From the NCBI GenBank assembly GCA_947625895.1, contig CANQPZ010000002.1, positions 1 to 61,614 on the forward strand: 61,614 bases of DNA, read 5' to 3'. This document shows positions 58,993-61,614 of this stretch, one piece after another. A program made the position numbers and the translations under genes. Below the pieces are notes generated by a model, which made no database searches, was not told the origin of the DNA, and saw only the letters and a program-made list of their open reading frames with translations. This DNA comes from an uncultured Clostridia bacterium (GTDB lineage Bacteria; Bacillota; Clostridia; TANB77; CAG-508). Each line of letters opens with the position of its first letter. The stretch's first letter is position 1.

Positions 58993-59727
58993 ATGAGAAA
59001 CATAAAATTGATAATTGAGTATGATGGGAAAGGCTTTAATGGATGGCAGAAACAGCCTAATAAATTAAATATTCAAGGTGAAATTGAAAGAGCAATTGAA
59101 GAAATAACAGGAGAAAAAATTGACTTAATTGCATCTGGAAGAACTGATGCTGGTGTACATAGTTTAGGACAAACAGCAAACTTTAAAACAAATTCCAAAA
59201 TAGAAATTGAAAAGTTTGCAAAAGCAATAAATTCAAAATTAAAGAAAAGTATAGTAATAAAATCAGCAGAAGAAGTAGATGAAAGATTTCACAGCAGATA
59301 CTCAGTAAAATCTAAAACATATAGATATGTAATAAACAATTCTGAAAATGGAAGTGCAATATATAGAGGATTAGAATATAACATTTCAAATAAATTAGAT
59401 TATAAAAAAATGAATGAAGCAATAAAATATTTTGAAGGAGAACATGACTTTAAAGCATTTAAGGCAAGTGGAACAAGCAGTAAAAGTAGTGTTAGAAAAA
59501 TATTAAAAGGCGTTGTAAAAAAAGAAGGAGAAAGAATTATAATAGAACTTACTGGAACTGGATTTTTATATAATATGGTAAGAATAATTTCAGGAACACT
59601 AGTAGATGTAGGACTTGGAAAAATAGCTCCAGAAGAAATTACAAATATTATTGAATCAAAAGATAGAAAAAATGCAGGCAAAACATTACCTGCTCATGGA
59701 CTTTTCTTAGTTAAAGTAGAGTACTAA
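58993..59727 (+). CDS. truA: tRNA pseudouridine(38-40) synthase
   Basis: YDGKGFNGWQKQ and GRTDAGVHSLGQ (catalytic Asp). Confidence 0.92.
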   Translation: MRNIKLIIEYDGKGFNGWQKQPNKLNIQGEIERAIEEITGEKIDLIASGRTDAGVHSLGQTANFKTNSKIEIEKFAKAINSKLKKSIVIKSAEEVDERFHSRYSVKSKTYRYVINNSENGSAIYRGLEYNISNKLDYKKMNEAIKYFEGEHDFKAFKASGTSSKSSVRKILKGVVKKEGERIIIELTGTGFLYNMVRIISGTLVDVGLGKIAPEEITNIIESKDRKNAGKTLPAHGLFLVKVEY

Positions 59728-59785
59728 AATCACATTTTTAAGCAACAGGAATATGATATATAAAAACTTTCTAAAGGAGATACAT

Positions 59786-60169
59786 ATGAATGATATTTTA
59801 CTTTTATTCTTTGCATTACCTGTTGCAATAGCTATTCTTTCAATAATTGGTCAAACTTTAATCAATAGTCCAATAAAAATAGCAGGTATCACATTTTCTA
59901 TACTGCTAATAATTACTTTTTCGGTAGCAGACGAATCATTTCTGATATACACTATTTTATATACTATTCTTTCATATGCTACTGCATGGATAACTTCACT
60001 ATGGATGAATAATCAAGATGAGGATAATTGTTTAAATCAATTAATACGCGCGACAAATGCGGAAAATTTGCTAAATATGCAAAACACAACAAGTTCTCAA
60101 AACACAATCAATCAGTCAAATAATATAAATAATACTAATAACAGTTGTAATTGTAGAAGAAGATTTTAA
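59786..60169 (+). CDS. small membrane protein with an N/Q-rich tail
   Basis: AAGGAG lies 7 nt upstream of ATG 59786. Three TM helices. Confidence 0.5.
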   Translation: MNDILLLFFALPVAIAILSIIGQTLINSPIKIAGITFSILLIITFSVADESFLIYTILYTILSYATAWITSLWMNNQDEDNCLNQLIRATNAENLLNMQNTTSSQNTINQSNNINNTNNSCNCRRRF

Positions 60170-60272
60170 AGGACGTTAAAATAACGTCCTTTTATTTATA
60201 TTTAGCAAATAAAGTCTTTAAAAAGTTCTCAAAATATGTTATAAAAATAATATGATTTTTAAGGAGTAACAT

Positions 60273-60509
60273 ATGAGACTAGATAAATTTTTAAAAATGA
60301 GTAGAATTATAAAAAGAAGAAGTGTTGCAAATGAAGTTGCAGACAATGGAAGAGTAAGCGCAAACGGCAAAATTGTAAAAGCAAGTTATGAAGTAAAAGT
60401 AGGAGACATAATGGAAATACAATTTGGAGATAAAATATCAAAATTTGAAATTTTATCAATACCAAAAGTAGAAGGAAAAAACATATCAGAAATAATTAAA
60501 TTATTATAA
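60273..60509 (+). CDS. S4-domain RNA-binding protein (YabO/RqcP-like)
   Basis: MRLDKFLKMSRIIKRRSVANEVADNGRVSANGK is an S4 fold. 78 aa. Confidence 0.7.
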   Translation: MRLDKFLKMSRIIKRRSVANEVADNGRVSANGKIVKASYEVKVGDIMEIQFGDKISKFEILSIPKVEGKNISEIIKLL

Positions 60510-60625
60510 AAAGGCAATCTTTTAGATTGTCTTTTTTCAAGCTTAAAAGCTTACTTAAAAAGAATCATATTGTTGATAAAATGAACAAAATATGATATAA
60601 ATATCTCATAAAAAAGGAGAAAAAT

Positions 60626-61614
60626 ATGCCTGACTTTGTACACTTACATGTCCATAGCGAATATAGTTTGCTAGATGGAATGAGTAGAATAAAAGATTTA
60701 CCAGTTAGAGCAAAAGAGCTAGGAATGAAAGCAATAGCTCTTACTGATCATGGTGTCATGTATGGCGCTGTAGATTTCTATAAAGAATGTAAGAAAAATG
60801 ATATTAAACCAATTATCGGATGTGAAGTTTACGTTGCACCAAGAACAAGATTTGATAAAGAACCTAATCTAGATAGTGGTTACAATCATTTAATTTTGCT
60901 TGCAAAAAATAAAACTGGTTATCAAAATTTAACAAAGTTAGTATCTTTATCATTTATTGATGGATTTTATTATAAACCACGTATAGATCTTGAAATACTT
61001 GAAAAATATAGTGAAGGACTAGTATGCTTAAGTGCATGTTTAGCTGGAAGTTTAAGTCAAGCATTAATTCAAGGTAATCAAGAAAAAGCAGAAGAAATTG
61101 CTCTTTGGCATAAACGAGTATTCAAAGACGATTATTATATAGAAATTCAACATAATGGATTAAGACAACAAATTGCTATAAATCAAAAACTAATAGAACT
61201 TGCAAGAAAACTTGATATTCCACTAGTTGCAACAAATGATTCACACTATCTAAAAAAAGAAGATAGTTATTTCCATGAAGTATTATTATGTATTCAGACG
61301 GGAAAAAGAATGTCTGATGAAGATAGAATGAGATTTGAAACTGATGAATTTTATATTAAATCACCAGAAGAAATGGCTGATTATTTTTCAGAATTTCCAG
61401 ATGCAATTGAAAATACTGTAAAAATAGCAGAAAAGTGTAATTATGATTTTGAATTTGGTGTTACTAAATTACCAAATTATGATGTGCCAGAAGAATATGA
61501 AACACATGCTGATTATTTTAAACACTTATGCTATGAAGGAATTAAGAAAAGATACGGAGAAAATCCATCTAAAGAAATAATGGATAGACTAGAATATGAA
61601 ATATCTGTTATTGA
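60626..61614 (+). CDS. dnaE: DNA polymerase III alpha subunit, 5' part (runs off the window)
   Basis: PHP domain FVHLHVHSEYSLLDG...ALTDHGVMYG...GCEVY. Not in the track because there is no stop inside the window. Confidence 0.9.
   Translation, partial: MPDFVHLHVHSEYSLLDGMSRIKDLPVRAKELGMKAIALTDHGVMYGAVDFYKECKKNDIKPIIGCEVYVAPRTRFDKEPNLDSGYNHLILLAKNKTGYQNLTKLVSLSFIDGFYYKPRIDLEILEKYSEGLVCLSACLAGSLSQALIQGNQEKAEEIALWHKRVFKDDYYIEIQHNGLRQQIAINQKLIELARKLDIPLVATNDSHYLKKEDSYFHEVLLCIQTGKRMSDEDRMRFETDEFYIKSPEEMADYFSEFPDAIENTVKIAEKCNYDFEFGVTKLPNYDVPEEYETHADYFKHLCYEGIKKRYGENPSKEIMDRLEYEISVI

Overview
This is a dense, low-GC (about 27-30% by eye) chromosomal segment that looks Firmicutes/Clostridia-like and anaerobic, and it is mostly housekeeping. 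Recognisable blocks are: rpmG-secE-nusG-rplK-rplA-(L10 leader)-rplJ-rplL; mfd; a TrmH-family methyltransferase; a sortase plus an LPXTG/thioester adhesin; pflB-pflA; cdaA; a Sir2/CobB deacylase; Ca/Na antiporter, glycolipid GT and acyltransferase genes; desulfoferrodoxin; a bile-salt-hydrolase-type Ntn hydrolase; csoR-copZ-copA; tcdA and a ttcA-like gene; TetR plus an MMPL transporter; a YtrA-type GntR plus ABC operon; truA; and the 5' end of dnaE. I found no rRNA, tRNA, CRISPR array, integrase or transposase. Three segments have atypical composition. (1) About 24613-25465 is roughly 40-47% GC. It carries two divergent small orphan genes with near-consensus promoters and a shared palindromic operator, and it starts exactly where an LPVTG surface-protein gene is cut off. 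(2) About 35228-35767 is a one-gene cassette with its own consensus promoter and terminator. (3) 6927-8756 is an orphan ABC half-transporter sitting where rpoBC would normally follow rplL. There are also three host-composition gene sets of unknown function. These are a soluble VirD4/HerA-like P-loop ATPase translationally coupled to a Cys-rich repeat protein (31623-34203), a 681-aa plus 98-aa overlapping pair divergent from mfd (14987-17318), and a tandem paralog pair co-operonic with a flavin reductase (325-3196). All functional calls come from motif recognition by eye. No database search was run.
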